Positions 1 through 11,957 of a stretch of 64,000 nt of DNA are shown here, piece after piece (the first letter of the stretch is position 1; every line of letters starts with the position of its first letter). The position numbers and the translations under genes are program-made. The stretch lies in assembly GCF_003790525.1 (NCBI RefSeq), contig NZ_CP033635.1; one strand, 5' to 3'. The notes beneath the pieces were generated by a model. The model saw only the letters and a list, made by a program, of their open reading frames with translations, did not search any database and was not told the origin of the DNA. The DNA is from Escherichia coli (GTDB lineage: Bacteria; Pseudomonadota; Gammaproteobacteria; Enterobacterales; Enterobacteriaceae).

Positions 1-3000
1 TGCGGAAAGCGTTCCAGGACATGGAAGCGGCGCTGCGCGAAAACCGCATGACGCTGGAAGCGATTCGTGTCACCCAGTCGGACCGCGACCTGTTTAAGCA
101 TCTGATTAGCGAAGCCACCAACTACGTGGCGGCGGACTACATGCGTCACGCCAACGAGCGCCGTGTCCATCTCGACAAAGCCCTGGAGTTTCGTCGCGAG
201 CTACACACTTCGCGTCAGCAACTGGCGGCTGAGCAGTACAAACACGTCGATATGGCGCGTGAGCTGGCAGAGCACAACGGTGCCGAAGGCGATCTGGAAG
301 CAGATTATCAGGCGGCCAGCGATCACCTGAACCTGGTGCAAACCGCACTGCGTCAGCAGGAGAAGATCGAACGCTACGAAGCGGATCTCGATGAGCTGCA
401 GATCCGTCTGGAAGAGCAAAACGAAGTGGTGGCAGAAGCCATCGAACGCCAGGAAGAGAACGAGGCTCGTGCGGAAGCTGCCGAACTGGAAGTGGACGAG
501 CTGAAAAGCCAGCTTGCTGACTACCAGCAGGCGCTGGACGTCCAGCAAACGCGCGCGATCCAGTATAACCAGGCGATTGCTGCGCTTAATCGTGCCAAAG
601 AACTGTGCCATCTGCCGGACTTAACCGCCGACAGCGCCGCCGAATGGCTGGAAACCTTCCAGGCGAAAGAGCTGGAAGCGACCGAAAAAATGCTCTCTCT
701 TGAGCAGAAAATGAGCATGGCGCAAACCGCGCACAGCCAGTTTGAGCAGGCTTATCAGCTGGTGGTGGCAATCAACGGCCCGCTGGCGCGTAACGAGGCG
801 TGGGATGTCGCTCGCGAACTATTGCGCGAAGGGGTCGATCAGCGTCACCTGGCAGAGCAGGTTCAGCCGTTGCGGATGCGCTTAAGCGAACTGGAACAGC
901 GTCTGCGTGAGCAGCAAGAAGCTGAGCGTCTGCTGGCAGATTTCTGCAAACGTCAGGGCAAGAATTTTGACATTGACGAGCTGGAAGCTCTGCATCAGGA
1001 GCTGGAAGCACGCATTGCCTCTCTTTCCGATAGCGTGTCTAACGCCCGTGAAGAGCGGATGACACTGCGCCAGGAGCAGGAACAGCTGCAGTCTCGCATT
1101 CAGAGTTTGATGCGGCGTGCGCCGGTTTGGCTGGCTGCGCAAAACAGTCTCAACCAGTTGAGCGAACAGTGCGGCGAAGAGTTCTCCTCCAGCCAGGATG
1201 TCACCGAATATCTGCAACAGTTGCTGGAGCGTGAGCGCGAAGCCATTGTTGAACGCGATGAAGTAGGCGCGCGCAAAAACGCCGTCGATGAAGAGATCGA
1301 ACGTTTAAGCCAGCCAGGTGGTTCTGAAGACCAGCGTCTGAATGCGCTGGCGGAGCGTTTTGGCGGCGTGCTGCTGTCAGAAATTTATGACGACGTTAGC
1401 CTGGAAGATGCGCCGTACTTCTCAGCGCTGTATGGCCCGTCACGCCACGCCATCGTGGTGCCAGATCTGTCACAGGTAACCGAACACCTGGAAGGCTTGA
1501 CCGATTGCCCGGAAGATCTCTATCTGATCGAAGGGGATCCGCAGTCATTCGATGACAGCGTGTTCAGCGTTGATGAGCTGGAAAAAGCGGTGGTGGTGAA
1601 AATCGCCGATCGTCAGTGGCGTTATTCACGTTTCCCGGAAGTGCCGCTGTTTGGTCGTGCTGCGCGTGAAAGCCGTATTGAAAGCCTCCATGCCGAGCGT
1701 GAAGTGCTTTCCGAACGCTTCGCCACGCTCTCCTTTGATGTACAGAAAACCCAGCGTCTGCATCAGGCGTTCAGCCGCTTTATCGGCAGCCACCTGGCGG
1801 TGGCGTTTGAGTCTGATCCGGAAGCCGAAATCCGTCAACTGAACAGCCGTCGCGTCGAACTGGAGCGGGCGTTGAGTAATCATGAAAATGATAACCAGCA
1901 GCAGCGTATTCAGTTTGAGCAGGCGAAAGAGGGTGTTACGGCGCTGAACCGCATTCTGCCGCGTCTCAACTTGTTGGCTGATGACAGCCTGGCGGATCGC
2001 GTCGATGAAATCCGCGAACGTCTGGATGAAGCCCAGGAAGCCGCGCGTTTTGTTCAGCAGTTCGGTAATCAACTGGCGAAACTGGAACCGATCGTTTCGG
2101 TATTGCAGAGTGACCCGGAACAGTTCGAACAATTAAAAGAAGATTACGCGTACTCTCAGCAGATGCAGCGCGATGCCCGTCAGCAGGCGTTTGCCCTGAC
2201 GGAAGTGGTGCAGCGTCGTGCGCACTTTAGCTACTCTGACTCGGCAGAAATGCTTAGCGGTAACAGCGATCTCAACGAAAAACTGCGTGAACGTCTGGAA
2301 CAGGCGGAAGCGGAGCGTACCCGCGCGCGTGAAGCGTTGCGCGGACACGCAGCGCAGTTGAGTCAGTACAACCAGGTGCTGGCTTCGCTGAAAAGTTCTT
2401 ACGACACCAAAAAAGAGCTACTCAACGATCTGCAACGTGAATTGCAGGATATCGGCGTGCGTGCTGATAGCGGGGCAGAAGAGCGGGCGCGTATTCGCCG
2501 TGACGAGTTGCACGCGCAACTGAGCAATAACCGTTCACGCCGCAATCAACTGGAAAAAGCGCTTACCTTCTGCGAAGCAGAGATGGACAACCTGACCCGC
2601 AAACTGCGCAAGCTGGAGCGGGATTACTTTGAGATGCGCGAGCAGGTAGTGACCGCGAAAGCGGGCTGGTGTGCAGTCATGCGCATGGTGAAAGATAACG
2701 GTGTTGAGCGCCGCTTACACCGTCGTGAGCTGGCTTATCTCTCCGCTGATGATTTGCGTTCCATGTCGGATAAGGCGTTAGGTGCGCTGCGTCTGGCGGT
2801 GGCGGATAACGAACATCTGCGCGACGTGCTGCGGATGTCGGAAGATCCGAAACGTCCGGAGCGTAAAATTCAGTTCTTCGTGGCGGTTTATCAGCATCTG
2901 CGCGAGCGTATTCGTCAGGATATTATTCGTACCGATGATCCGGTTGAAGCTATCGAGCAGATGGAGATCGAACTTAGTCGTCTGACTGAAGAGTTAACGT

Positions 3001-3779
3001 CCCGCGAACAGAAACTGGCGATCAGTTCCCGCAGCGTGGCGAACATCATCCGTAAAACCATTCAGCGCGAGCAGAACCGTATCCGTATGCTCAACCAGGG
3101 CTTGCAGAACGTATCGTTCGGTCAGGTGAACAGCGTGCGCCTCAACGTGAACGTGCGTGAAACGCATGCCATGCTGCTGGATGTGCTCTCTGAACAGCAC
3201 GAGCAACATCAGGATCTGTTTAACAGCAACCGTCTGACCTTCTCGGAAGCGCTGGCGAAACTGTATCAACGTCTTAACCCGCAGATTGATATGGGGCAGC
3301 GCACGCCGCAGACCATCGGTGAAGAACTGCTGGATTACCGCAACTATCTGGAAATGGAAGTTGAGGTTAACCGTGGTTCCGATGGCTGGCTGCGCGCAGA
3401 ATCTGGCGCTCTGTCGACCGGTGAGGCGATTGGTACCGGTATGTCGATTCTGGTGATGGTGGTACAAAGCTGGGAAGATGAATCTCGCCGCCTGCGCGGT
3501 AAAGATATCTCTCCTTGCCGCCTGCTGTTCCTCGATGAAGCAGCGCGACTGGATGCTCGTTCCATCGCCACGCTGTTTGAATTGTGTGAGCGTTTGCAAA
3601 TGCAGCTCATCATCGCAGCGCCGGAAAATATCAGCCCGGAAAAAGGCACCACCTATAAACTGGTGCGTAAAGTCTTCCAGAATACCGAACACGTTCACGT
3701 AGTCGGTCTGCGTGGTTTTGCACCGCAACTCCCTGAAACGCTTCCAGGAAGTGACGAAGCGCCTTCCCAGGCGAGCTAA
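1..3779 (+). CDS. mukB: Chromosome partition protein MukB (SMC-like condensin), 5'-truncated by window edge; C-terminal about 1250 aa present
   Basis: Long coiled-coil-rich ORF (heptad-like E/Q/R/L-rich sequence) ending in a C-terminal ATPase head segment ([11 protein letters not shown] Walker-B-like); reading frame is open to the window start; matches MukB from memory. Confidence 0.93.
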   Translation, partial: RKAFQDMEAALRENRMTLEAIRVTQSDRDLFKHLISEATNYVAADYMRHANERRVHLDKALEFRRELHTSRQQLAAEQYKHVDMARELAEHNGAEGDLEADYQAASDHLNLVQTALRQQEKIERYEADLDELQIRLEEQNEVVAEAIERQEENEARAEAAELEVDELKSQLADYQQALDVQQTRAIQYNQAIAALNRAKELCHLPDLTADSAAEWLETFQAKELEATEKMLSLEQKMSMAQTAHSQFEQAYQLVVAINGPLARNEAWDVARELLREGVDQRHLAEQVQPLRMRLSELEQRLREQQEAERLLADFCKRQGKNFDIDELEALHQELEARIASLSDSVSNAREERMTLRQEQEQLQSRIQSLMRRAPVWLAAQNSLNQLSEQCGEEFSSSQDVTEYLQQLLEREREAIVERDEVGARKNAVDEEIERLSQPGGSEDQRLNALAERFGGVLLSEIYDDVSLEDAPYFSALYGPSRHAIVVPDLSQVTEHLEGLTDCPEDLYLIEGDPQSFDDSVFSVDELEKAVVVKIADRQWRYSRFPEVPLFGRAARESRIESLHAEREVLSERFATLSFDVQKTQRLHQAFSRFIGSHLAVAFESDPEAEIRQLNSRRVELERALSNHENDNQQQRIQFEQAKEGVTALNRILPRLNLLADDSLADRVDEIRERLDEAQEAARFVQQFGNQLAKLEPIVSVLQSDPEQFEQLKEDYAYSQQMQRDARQQAFALTEVVQRRAHFSYSDSAEMLSGNSDLNEKLRERLEQAEAERTRAREALRGHAAQLSQYNQVLASLKSSYDTKKELLNDLQRELQDIGVRADSGAEERARIRRDELHAQLSNNRSRRNQLEKALTFCEAEMDNLTRKLRKLERDYFEMREQVVTAKAGWCAVMRMVKDNGVERRLHRRELAYLSADDLRSMSDKALGALRLAVADNEHLRDVLRMSEDPKRPERKIQFFVAVYQHLRERIRQDIIRTDDPVEAIEQMEIELSRLTEELTSREQKLAISSRSVANIIRKTIQREQNRIRMLNQGLQNVSFGQVNSVRLNVNVRETHAMLLDVLSEQHEQHQDLFNSNRLTFSEALAKLYQRLNPQIDMGQRTPQTIGEELLDYRNYLEMEVEVNRGSDGWLRAESGALSTGEAIGTGMSILVMVVQSWEDESRRLRGKDISPCRLLFLDEAARLDARSIATLFELCERLQMQLIIAAPENISPEKGTTYKLVRKVFQNTEHVHVVGLRGFAPQLPETLPGSDEAPSQAS

Positions 3780-3784
3780 GATTG

Positions 3785-3816
3785 AGGCGGCAGCGATGCC
3801 GCCTTTTCTATTTCTG
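3785..3816 (+). terminator. Intrinsic terminator downstream of mukB
   Basis: GC stem ggcggca...tgccgcc followed by a T-run (ttttctatttct) immediately after the mukB stop. Confidence 0.6.
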
Positions 3817-4039
3817 AAAACTCCGTTTCTGCACTAAAAAAATGCCACATTCTGGCGCGCTTTTCTTTAAACTTCTTTACATTAGGTTATGTAAAAACGT
3901 ATCGGCGTTTATATACTGAAGATAAGCCTGATGAGTAACAGGCTTGCTCGTCATACTTTCGTGAGTATTGGCGTTGTACAGGCAAGTCGTAAAATAACAG
4001 CCTGGCTATTCAGAGTATGATAAAAACAGGGGGCAAGGG

Positions 4040-5887
4040 ATGTTGCTTAATATGATGTGTGGTCGTCGGCTGTCGGCAATCAGTTTGTGCGTGGCCGTAA
4101 CATTCGCTCCACTGTTCAATGCGCAGGCCGATGAGCCTGAAGTAATCCCTGGCGACAGCCCGGTGGCTGTCAGTGAACAGGGCGAGGCACTGCCGCAGGC
4201 GCAAGCCACGGCAATTATGGCGGGGATCCAGCCATTGCCTGAAGGTGCGGCAGAAAAAGCCCGCACGCAAATCGAATCTCAATTACCCGCAGGTTATAAG
4301 CCGGTTTATCTTAACCAGCTTCAACTGTTGTATGCCGCACGCGATATGCAACCCATGTGGGAAAACCGTGATGCTGTTAAAGCCTTCCAGCAACAGCTGG
4401 CAGAGGTGGCGATTGCCGGTTTCCAGCCGCAGTTTAATAAATGGGTAGAGTTACTGACCGATCCTGGTGTTAACGGGATGGCACGCGACGTCGTGCTCTC
4501 TGATGCGATGATGGGCTATCTCCATTTCATTGCAAATATTCCGGTCAAAGGCACTCGCTGGCTATATAGCAGTAAACCTTATGCGCTTTCAACGCCGCCG
4601 CTTTCGGTGATTAACCAATGGCAGCTGGCGCTGGATAAAGGTCAATTGCCGACGTTTGTTGCAGGTCTGGCACCGCAGCATCCGCAATATGCAGCGATGC
4701 ATGAATCGTTACTGGCCTTACTCAGTGACACCAAACCGTGGCCCCAACTGACCGGCAAAGCAACGTTGCGCCCAGGGCAGTGGAGTAACGACGTACCGGC
4801 GTTGCGCGAAATATTGCAACGCACAGGCATGCTGGACGGGGGGCCGAAAATTACTCTACCTGGCGATGACACGCCAACTGACGCGGTAGTCAGCCCATCC
4901 GCTGTTACTGTTGAAACAGCAGAAACTAAGCCGATGGACAAGCAAACGACGTCTCGTAGTAAACCTGCGCCTGCCGTTCGTGCCGCCTACGATAATGAAC
5001 TGGTGGAAGCCGTTAAACGTTTTCAGGCATGGCAAGGATTGGGAGCAGATGGCGCTATTGGCCCGGCAACGCGTGACTGGTTAAACGTAACGCCCGCCCA
5101 GCGTGCTGGCGTGTTGGCACTCAACATCCAGCGATTGCGCTTGCTGCCAACAGAGCTTTCTACCGGGATCATGGTTAACATTCCGGCCTATTCGCTGGTC
5201 TACTATCAGAACGGCAATCAGGTGCTGGATTCGCGAGTCATTGTCGGTCGCCCCGATCGCAAAACGCCGATGATGAGCAGTGCACTTAACAACGTAGTGG
5301 TAAACCCGCCGTGGAACGTACCACCAACTCTGGCACGCAAAGATATTCTGCCGAAAGTGCGCAACGATCCGGGATATCTCGAAAGCCATGGCTATACGGT
5401 GATGCGCGGCTGGAACAGCAGAGAAGCGATTGACCCATGGCAGGTTGACTGGTCTACAATCACGGCCTCGAATTTACCGTTCCGCTTCCAGCAGGCTCCA
5501 GGCCCACGGAACTCGCTGGGGCGCTATAAATTCAATATGCCGAGTTCAGAGGCCATTTATTTGCATGACACGCCGAACCACAATCTGTTCAAACGTGATA
5601 CACGCGCATTGAGCTCAGGCTGTGTGCGAGTGAATAAAGCTTCCGATCTGGCGAATATGCTGTTGCAGGATGCAGGATGGAATGACAAACGTATTTCTGA
5701 TGCGCTGAAGCAGGGCGATACGCGTTACGTCAATATTCGGCAGTCGATTCCGGTGAATCTCTACTACCTGACGGCCTTTGTTGGTGCAGATGGTCGTACC
5801 CAGTATCGTACAGATATTTACAATTATGATCTGCCTGCGCGATCCAGCTCGCAAATCGTATCGAAAGCGGAACAATTAATCAGGTAA
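4040..5887 (+). CDS. ldtD: L,D-transpeptidase LdtD (YcbB), 615 aa
   Basis: N-terminal signal peptide; C-terminal YkuD-type L,D-transpeptidase domain with the catalytic cysteine in the SSGCVRV context; length and sequence match YcbB. Confidence 0.92.
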   Translation: MLLNMMCGRRLSAISLCVAVTFAPLFNAQADEPEVIPGDSPVAVSEQGEALPQAQATAIMAGIQPLPEGAAEKARTQIESQLPAGYKPVYLNQLQLLYAARDMQPMWENRDAVKAFQQQLAEVAIAGFQPQFNKWVELLTDPGVNGMARDVVLSDAMMGYLHFIANIPVKGTRWLYSSKPYALSTPPLSVINQWQLALDKGQLPTFVAGLAPQHPQYAAMHESLLALLSDTKPWPQLTGKATLRPGQWSNDVPALREILQRTGMLDGGPKITLPGDDTPTDAVVSPSAVTVETAETKPMDKQTTSRSKPAPAVRAAYDNELVEAVKRFQAWQGLGADGAIGPATRDWLNVTPAQRAGVLALNIQRLRLLPTELSTGIMVNIPAYSLVYYQNGNQVLDSRVIVGRPDRKTPMMSSALNNVVVNPPWNVPPTLARKDILPKVRNDPGYLESHGYTVMRGWNSREAIDPWQVDWSTITASNLPFRFQQAPGPRNSLGRYKFNMPSSEAIYLHDTPNHNLFKRDTRALSSGCVRVNKASDLANMLLQDAGWNDKRISDALKQGDTRYVNIRQSIPVNLYYLTAFVGADGRTQYRTDIYNYDLPARSSSQIVSKAEQLIR

Positions 5888-6067
5888 ATGAAGTAGTTCG
5901 GGGAAATCAGTTGTCGTAATAATTAGCATGATCGGGGGCGATTCTCTGCAGCCCCCGTCACTGCTGGGGTTGAGTCATCTTGACGTCAGCTTTACTGACG
6001 GTTAAGGTGCCTCTTGTGCGCCAGAAGTGCATATAAACGATAACATTGACCTGTAGACTTGATTATC

Positions 6068-6616
6068 ATGGACAAATTCGACGCTAATCGCCGCAAACTG
6101 CTGGCGCTTGGTGGCGTTGCACTCGGTGCCGCCATCCTGCCGACCCCGGCGTTTGCAACACTCTCTACCCCACGCCCGCGCATTTTGACACTCAATAATC
6201 TTCATACCGGAGAGTCAATCAAAGCGGAGTTTTTCGATGGCAGAGGCTATATTCAGGAAGAATTGGCAAAACTTAACCATTTTTTCCGCGATTACCGCGC
6301 GAACAAAATAAAGTCCATCGACCCAGGATTGTTCGATCAGTTGTATCGCCTGCAAGGGTTATTAGGTACCCGCAAACCGGTGCAACTCATTTCCGGTTAT
6401 CGTTCCATTGATACCAACAATGAACTACGCGCCCGCAGCCGTGGAGTAGCGAAGAAAAGCTATCACACGAAAGGGCAGGCGATGGATTTCCATATTGAAG
6501 GTATCGCGTTAAGCAATATTCGCAAAGCCGCGTTATCTATGCGCGCAGGTGGTGTAGGATATTACCCACGTAGTAACTTTGTGCATATTGATACCGGGCC
6601 AGCACGGCACTGGTAG
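6068..6616 (+). CDS. mepK: Peptidoglycan L,D-endopeptidase MepK (YcbK), 182 aa, Tat-type signal
   Basis: N-terminus MDKFDANRRKLLALGG...AFA carries a twin-arginine-like motif; start chosen at the second in-frame ATG to match the known 182-aa product. Confidence 0.85.
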   Translation: MDKFDANRRKLLALGGVALGAAILPTPAFATLSTPRPRILTLNNLHTGESIKAEFFDGRGYIQEELAKLNHFFRDYRANKIKSIDPGLFDQLYRLQGLLGTRKPVQLISGYRSIDTNNELRARSRGVAKKSYHTKGQAMDFHIEGIALSNIRKAALSMRAGGVGYYPRSNFVHIDTGPARHW

Positions 6617-6642
6617 TAATCGCTTAACGAAACAGGGGCAGT

Positions 6643-7290
6643 ATGAACTATCGTATTATTCCGGTCACCGCATTCTCCCAGAACTGTTCATTGATCTGGT
6701 GTGAACAAACCCGACTGGCCGCACTGGTCGATCCTGGCGGCGATGCGGAAAAAATCAAACAGGAAGTTGATGCCAGCGGCCTGACACTGATGCAGATCCT
6801 GCTGACTCATGGTCATCTGGACCACGTTGGCGCAGCGGCGGAACTGGCGCAACATTACGGCGTGCCGGTTTTTGGCCCGGAAAAAGAAGATGAGTTCTGG
6901 CTGCAAGGCTTGCCTGCGCAAAGTCGTATGTTTGGTCTGGAAGAGTGCCAGCCGCTGACGCCAGATCGTTGGCTGAACGAAGGCGATACCATCAGCATAG
7001 GGAATGTGACTTTACAGGTGTTACATTGCCCTGGGCATACGCCGGGTCATGTCGTGTTTTTTGATGAGCGGGCAAGGCTGCTGATTTCTGGCGACGTTAT
7101 TTTCAAAGGCGGAGTAGGGCGCAGTGACTTTCCGCGTGGCGATCATAATCAACTGATTTCTTCAATCAAAGATAAATTGCTGCCCCTGGGGGATGACGTG
7201 ACATTTATTCCGGGTCACGGACCATTATCAACTCTTGGTTACGAACGCCTGCATAATCCCTTCCTGCAAGACGAAATGCCCGTCTGGTAA
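6643..7290 (+). CDS. gloC: Metallo-beta-lactamase-fold hydrolase GloC (YcbL), glyoxalase II-type, 215 aa
   Basis: THGHLDHVG metal-binding motif (HxHxDH) typical of the MBL fold; length matches YcbL. Confidence 0.88.
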   Translation: MNYRIIPVTAFSQNCSLIWCEQTRLAALVDPGGDAEKIKQEVDASGLTLMQILLTHGHLDHVGAAAELAQHYGVPVFGPEKEDEFWLQGLPAQSRMFGLEECQPLTPDRWLNEGDTISIGNVTLQVLHCPGHTPGHVVFFDERARLLISGDVIFKGGVGRSDFPRGDHNQLISSIKDKLLPLGDDVTFIPGHGPLSTLGYERLHNPFLQDEMPVW

Positions 7291-7295
7291 AGACG

Positions 7296-7330
7296 TATAA
7301 AAAAGCCCGCTTTCACAGCGGGCTTCGTTT
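7296..7330. terminator. Bidirectional intrinsic terminator between convergent gloC and aspC
   Basis: Stem gcccgc...gcgggc flanked by an A-run on one side and a T-run on the other. Confidence 0.65.
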
Positions 7331-7339
7331 AACTAGCCT

Positions 7340-8530
7340 TTACAGCACGGCCACAATCGCTTCGCACAGCGGAGCCATGTTATCTGGCGTCATCCCGGCC
7401 ACGTTCACACGACCAGAAGCCACTGCATACACGCCAAACTCTTCACGCAGACGCAGTACCTGTTCTTTCGTCAGGCCACTGAAGGAGAACATACCGTTCT
7501 GTTTGATGATAAAGCTGAAGTCGCGGTTTGCCCCTTTTTCCTGCAGCGTATTGACGAACAACTGACGCATACGCTGAATACGCTGGCGCATATCAGTCAG
7601 CTCTTGTTCCCAAATCGCACGTAACGCATCGTTGCTCAGGATGGTGGCAACAACAGAAGCGCCGTGTGCTGGTGGGTTAGAGTAGTTAGCGCGAATCGCC
7701 GCTTTCATTTGGCTGAATGCGCGATCAACGGTCTCACTGTCAGCAGCAACCAGAGTACAAGCGCCAACACGCTCGTTGTACAGGCCAAAGTTTTTAGAGT
7801 AGGAACTGGCAACAATCAGCTCTTTATGCATAGCAGCGAAAGCGCGCAGTCCTTCAGCATCTTCTTCCAGACCACGGGCAAAACCCTGGTAAGCGAAGTC
7901 AAACAGCGGTAACCAGCCTTTCTCAACGGAAAGTTGTGCCAGTGTCTGCCATTGTTCCAGCGTAGGGTCGATACCGGTTGGGTTATGGCAGCAGCCATGG
8001 AACAGCACTACGTCGCCAGCCTGAGCTTCGTTCAGGCTGTTAATCAGTGCATCGAAGTCAAGGGTGTGATTTTCCGCATCATAATAAGCGTATTCACGAA
8101 CTTCCAGACCTGCAGAGTTAAAGACGCTCTTATGGTTCGGCCAGCTTGGGTTGCTCACCCACACACGCTTAACGCTGGTATTTTTTGCCAGGAAATCGGC
8201 AGCCACGCGTAGTGCGCCAGTGCCACCCGGAGTCTGTGCCGTGCGAGCACGTTTGTCATTGATCAGGGCGCTACCTTTACCAAACAGCAGTTCCTGAGTG
8301 CAGCGACCAAATTCAGGGATGCCGTCAATGCCGAGGTAATTTTTGGTGGTTTCATTTTCGAGCAAATACTGTTCAGCCTTTTTCACGCTGGTCAGTACCG
8401 GGGTTTTGCCCGTCTCATCTTTATAGACACCAATCCCGAGGTTAATTTTGCCGGGACGTTCATCGGCACGAAACAGATCGGCCAGGCCCAGAATCGGGTC
8501 GGCAGGAGCGGCGGTAATGTTCTCAAACAT
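7340..8530 (-). CDS. aspC: Aspartate aminotransferase, 396 aa
   Basis: Full-length match to AspC ([23 protein letters not shown]...), PLP-dependent aminotransferase class I. Confidence 0.96.
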   Translation of the reverse strand: MFENITAAPADPILGLADLFRADERPGKINLGIGVYKDETGKTPVLTSVKKAEQYLLENETTKNYLGIDGIPEFGRCTQELLFGKGSALINDKRARTAQTPGGTGALRVAADFLAKNTSVKRVWVSNPSWPNHKSVFNSAGLEVREYAYYDAENHTLDFDALINSLNEAQAGDVVLFHGCCHNPTGIDPTLEQWQTLAQLSVEKGWLPLFDFAYQGFARGLEEDAEGLRAFAAMHKELIVASSYSKNFGLYNERVGACTLVAADSETVDRAFSQMKAAIRANYSNPPAHGASVVATILSNDALRAIWEQELTDMRQRIQRMRQLFVNTLQEKGANRDFSFIIKQNGMFSFSGLTKEQVLRLREEFGVYAVASGRVNVAGMTPDNMAPLCEAIVAVL

Positions 8531-8660
8531 GACGAGGTTCCATTATGGTTACAGAAGGGAAGTCCGCTATCAGGGTAACGGGAGATTTACAAAATTCCAA
8601 CTATTACTGATGAAAACGCAGGCTGTTTTTGCAAGACGTGAGATTGCTCTGGAAGGCATA

Positions 8661-8690
8661 AAAAAAACAGGACCAACGTCCTGTTTTTTC
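8661..8690 (-). terminator. Intrinsic terminator of ompF
   Basis: A-run, stem acaggac...gtcctgt, T-run immediately downstream of the ompF stop. Confidence 0.65.
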
Positions 8691-8714
8691 GGCATTTAAC
8701 AAAGAGGTGTGCTA

Positions 8715-9788
8715 TTAGAACTGGTAAACGATACCCACAGCAACGGTGTCGTCTGAACCTACGCCCAGTTTGTTGTCAGAATCGATCTGGTTGATGATGT
8801 AGTCAACATAGGTGGACATGTTTTTGTTGAAGTAGTAGGTTGCGCCCACTTCAAAGTAGTTCACCAGATCAACATCACCGATACCTTCTACGTCTTTCGC
8901 TTTAGATTTGGTGTAAGCGATGGACGGACGCAGACCGAAATCGAACTGGTATTGCGCAACTAACAGAACGTCTTGCGTTTTGTTGGCGAAGCCGCCTTCA
9001 ATTGGCGTAGCGTTACGGGTTTCACCGTAGTTCGCTGCCAGGTAGATGTTGTTCGCGTCATACTTCAGACCAGTTGCCCACTGTTCAGCTTTTTTACCCT
9101 GACCGCGGAATTCGGCTTCCTGGGCGTCGGTACGGTCTGCTGCACCGTAAGCACCTACGATACCAAAGCCTTCGAATTCGTAGCTGATAGAGCCACCGAC
9201 GCCGTCGCCGTTGGAACGCTCAGGAATACCAGCACGTTCGTTTTTGCCCAGGTACTGAACGGCAAAGTTCAGGCCGTCAACCAGACCGAAGAAGTTGGAG
9301 TTACGATAGGTAGCAACGCCGCCTACACGACCAACGAAGAAGTCATCGCTGTATGCCGTGTCACCGCCAAACTCAGGCAGCATATCGGTGTAACCCAGTG
9401 CGTCGTAAACCACACCGTAGTTACGACCGTAGTCGATAGAACCCGCATCAGCGAATTTCAGACCTGCGAATGCCAGACGAGTTTTGTTACCTTTCTGGGC
9501 ATCAGCGCCTTCAGAGTTGTTACCCTGGAAGTTATATTCCCACTGACCGTAGCCGGTCAGATCGGAATTGATTTGTGTTTCCCCTTTAAAACCAAGACGG
9601 GCATAAGTTTTGTCGCCGTTTCCGCCGTAACTGTTTACACCATTGTCTTTAGAAAAATAATGCAGACCGACAGCTTTACCGTACAGATCTACTTTGTTGC
9701 CATCTTTGTTATAGATTTCTGCAGCGTTTGCAGTACCTGCTACTAACAGAGCAGGGACGATCACTGCCAGAATATTGCGCTTCATCAT
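8715..9788 (-). CDS. ompF: Outer membrane porin OmpF, 357 aa, non-K-12 allele
   Basis: Signal peptide [22 protein letters not shown], porin beta-barrel sequence ending in the C-terminal F; several loop segments differ from the 362-aa K-12 protein as I recall it. Confidence 0.95.
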   Translation of the reverse strand: MMKRNILAVIVPALLVAGTANAAEIYNKDGNKVDLYGKAVGLHYFSKDNGVNSYGGNGDKTYARLGFKGETQINSDLTGYGQWEYNFQGNNSEGADAQKGNKTRLAFAGLKFADAGSIDYGRNYGVVYDALGYTDMLPEFGGDTAYSDDFFVGRVGGVATYRNSNFFGLVDGLNFAVQYLGKNERAGIPERSNGDGVGGSISYEFEGFGIVGAYGAADRTDAQEAEFRGQGKKAEQWATGLKYDANNIYLAANYGETRNATPIEGGFANKTQDVLLVAQYQFDFGLRPSIAYTKSKAKDVEGIGDVDLVNYFEVGATYYFNKNMSTYVDYIINQIDSDNKLGVGSDDTVAVGIVYQF

Positions 9789-9929
9789 TATTTATTACCC
9801 TCATGGTTTTTTTATGACACCTGCCACTGCCGTCAATAAGTTCTGTCAATAAAAATTTACGGAACTATTGATGAGAGTTTGGTGTCTTTATGTGTCTGCA
9901 GGCATCTTTCCATTCAAACTAACGTTTCG

Positions 9930-10000
9930 CTACCGTGAAAGTGCTACAAAGATAAAGATTTGGTTTCAAAAAGAAAAAATATGTAACCAAAAGTAAAATT
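9930..10000 (-). promoter_or_regulatory. ompF promoter-proximal OmpR binding region (F1-F3 sites)
   Basis: Minus-strand sequence TTTACTTTTGGTTACATATTTT (around + coordinates 9978-9998) matches the classic OmpR F1 site; position upstream of the ompF start fits the known promoter architecture. Confidence 0.6.
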
Positions 10001-10348
10001 TAAGGAACTTTGTGAACACCGTCATATTTCCATAGAAGCGTGATGATATTTACAGCAATTTTTATCTATTTATATGATTTCCTTATATTTAAATTAACTA
10101 AAAGGAAATTTTGTTTCTGATGGAAACTTTATCGACCTGGCACTAAATCCTCGTTCAGACATCCAGAACGCCAAAAAATAGTATGAAAATTGTGCTATCA
10201 GCTAAGAAAAAACTAATCCGCAATAAGAATGCGGATTATTTTTTGTGCGCAAATGTTGCAGTGTAATATTTCGTAACAGGATGATCGTTATGGCGGGGTT
10301 GCAAATAGATTGCTTGACTTAACAAACAGATAACTTGACAGAAAGGAT

Positions 10349-10378
10349 AAAAAAAGAGCCAGCGGGCGCTGGCTCTTG
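10349..10378 (-). terminator. Intrinsic terminator of asnS
   Basis: Stem agagccagcg...cgctggctct with a T-run on the minus strand just past the asnS stop. Confidence 0.65.
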
Positions 10379-10389
10379 AAGACGCTAAA

Positions 10390-11790
10390 TTAGAAGCTGG
10401 CGTTACGCGGAGTACGTGGGAACGGAATCACATCACGCACGTTTTGCACACCAGTTACGTAAGCAATCAGGCGTTCAAAACCAAGACCGAAACCTGAATG
10501 CGGAACAGTACCGTAGCGACGCAGATCGCGATACCACCAGTAATCTTCTTTATTCAGGCCCATTTCCAGCATACGCTCGTCCAGCACGTCCAGACGTTCT
10601 TCACGCTGGGAGCCACCAATGATCTCACCGATGCCCGGAGCCAGAACGTCCATAGCCGCAACGGTTTTACCGTCTTCGTTAAGGCGCATATAGAACGCTT
10701 TAATATCTTTCGGATAGTTTTTAACCACTACCGGTGCTTTAAAGTGTTCTTCCGCCAGATAACGCTCATGCTCAGAAGAGAGATCAACGCCCCAGTAAAC
10801 CGGGTTTTCAAACTTCCTGCCGCAGTTTTCGAGAATGGTCACTGCGTCGGTGTAATCCACCTGCGCAAAATCGGCTTCAATGAAGCGTTCCAGACGTGAA
10901 ACGGCATCTTTATCTACGCGTTCAGCGAAGAATTTCATGTCGTCAGCGCGTTCTTCGAGAACCGCTTTGAAGACATATTTCAGCATGGCTTCAGCCAGAC
11001 CCGCGATATCGTTCAGGTTAGCAAACGCCACTTCCGGCTCCAGCATCCAGAATTCCGCCAGGTGACGGCTGGTGTTGGAGTTTTCAGCACGGAAAGTCGG
11101 GCCGAAGGTATAAATTTTGGATAATGCGCAAGCGTAGGTTTCGCCGTTCAACTGGCCAGATACGGTCAGGAAAGACTCTTTACCAAAGAAGTCTTTGTCG
11201 AAATCCACTTTGCCCTGATCGTTACGCGGCAGGTTTTCCAGATCCAGCGTAGAAACGCGGAACATTTCGCCAGCCCCTTCGGTATCAGACGCAGTAATCA
11301 GTGGCGTTGAAACCCAGAAGAATCCCTGCTCGTTAAAGAAGCGATGCAGCGCCTGCGCCAGCGTATGGCGAACGCGCGCGACGGCACCAATCAGGTTTGT
11401 GCGCGGACGCAGGTGAGCGACTTCACGCAGATACTCAATGCTGTGGCGTTTTGCCGCCATCGGGTAAGTGTCTGGATCTTCAACCCAACCAGCAACTTCA
11501 ACCTTGCTGGCCTGAATTTCAAATTGTTGCCCCTGGCCCGGCGACGCCACGACTTTACCCGTCACAATGACCGAGCAGCCGGTGGTCAGACGCAGGACGT
11601 CTTCATTGTAGTTGGGCAGAGAATTATTGATGACAGCCTGTACAGGATCAAAGCAGGAACCGTCATAAACGGCGAGGAAGGAGATGCCAGCTTTTGAATC
11701 TCGGCGGGTACGTACCCATCCGCGCACGGTGACTTCGCTGTCAACGGCTACGCGGCCCTGGAGTACGTCGGCTACAGGCACAACGCTCAT
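10390..11790 (-). CDS. asnS: Asparagine--tRNA ligase, 466 aa
   Basis: Class II aminoacyl-tRNA synthetase; start placed at [13 protein letters not shown], 15 codons inside the ORF-track start. Confidence 0.94.
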
Positions 11791-11924
11791 AATATTCTCT
11801 CTGTTAATAGTCGGAAAAAATAAACACTTGTCCACCCGTAAATGGGGGGATACCTATGTTACCTGGCATCTGCAATCAGACAAGCAGAATTCGCAAATGC
11901 AGCGAAAGATTTCGGAATTAAAGG

Positions 11925-11951
11925 TAAAAAAGGGAGCCGATTAGCTCCCTG
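11925..11951 (-). terminator. Intrinsic terminator of pncB
   Basis: Stem gggagc...gctccc with a T-run on the minus strand directly after the pncB stop. Confidence 0.6.
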
Positions 11952-11957
11952 ATGATA

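Noticed and set aside
2994-3728. 244-aa minus-strand ORF entirely inside mukB
   Set aside because: Antisense to a well-supported large gene; arginine- and histidine-rich low-complexity translation typical of the reverse frame of a GC-rich coding region; no independent start or RBS context.
5888-6058. Hairpin cgggggc...gcccccg in the ldtD-mepK spacer as a possible terminator or REP element
   Set aside because: Not followed by a U-run and does not match the REP consensus; could be a weak structural element, but the evidence is insufficient to annotate.
8973-9746. 257-aa plus-strand ORF antisense to ompF
   Set aside because: Fully embedded in ompF on the opposite strand; translation is T/V/F-rich mirror of the porin codons; no promoter or RBS evidence.
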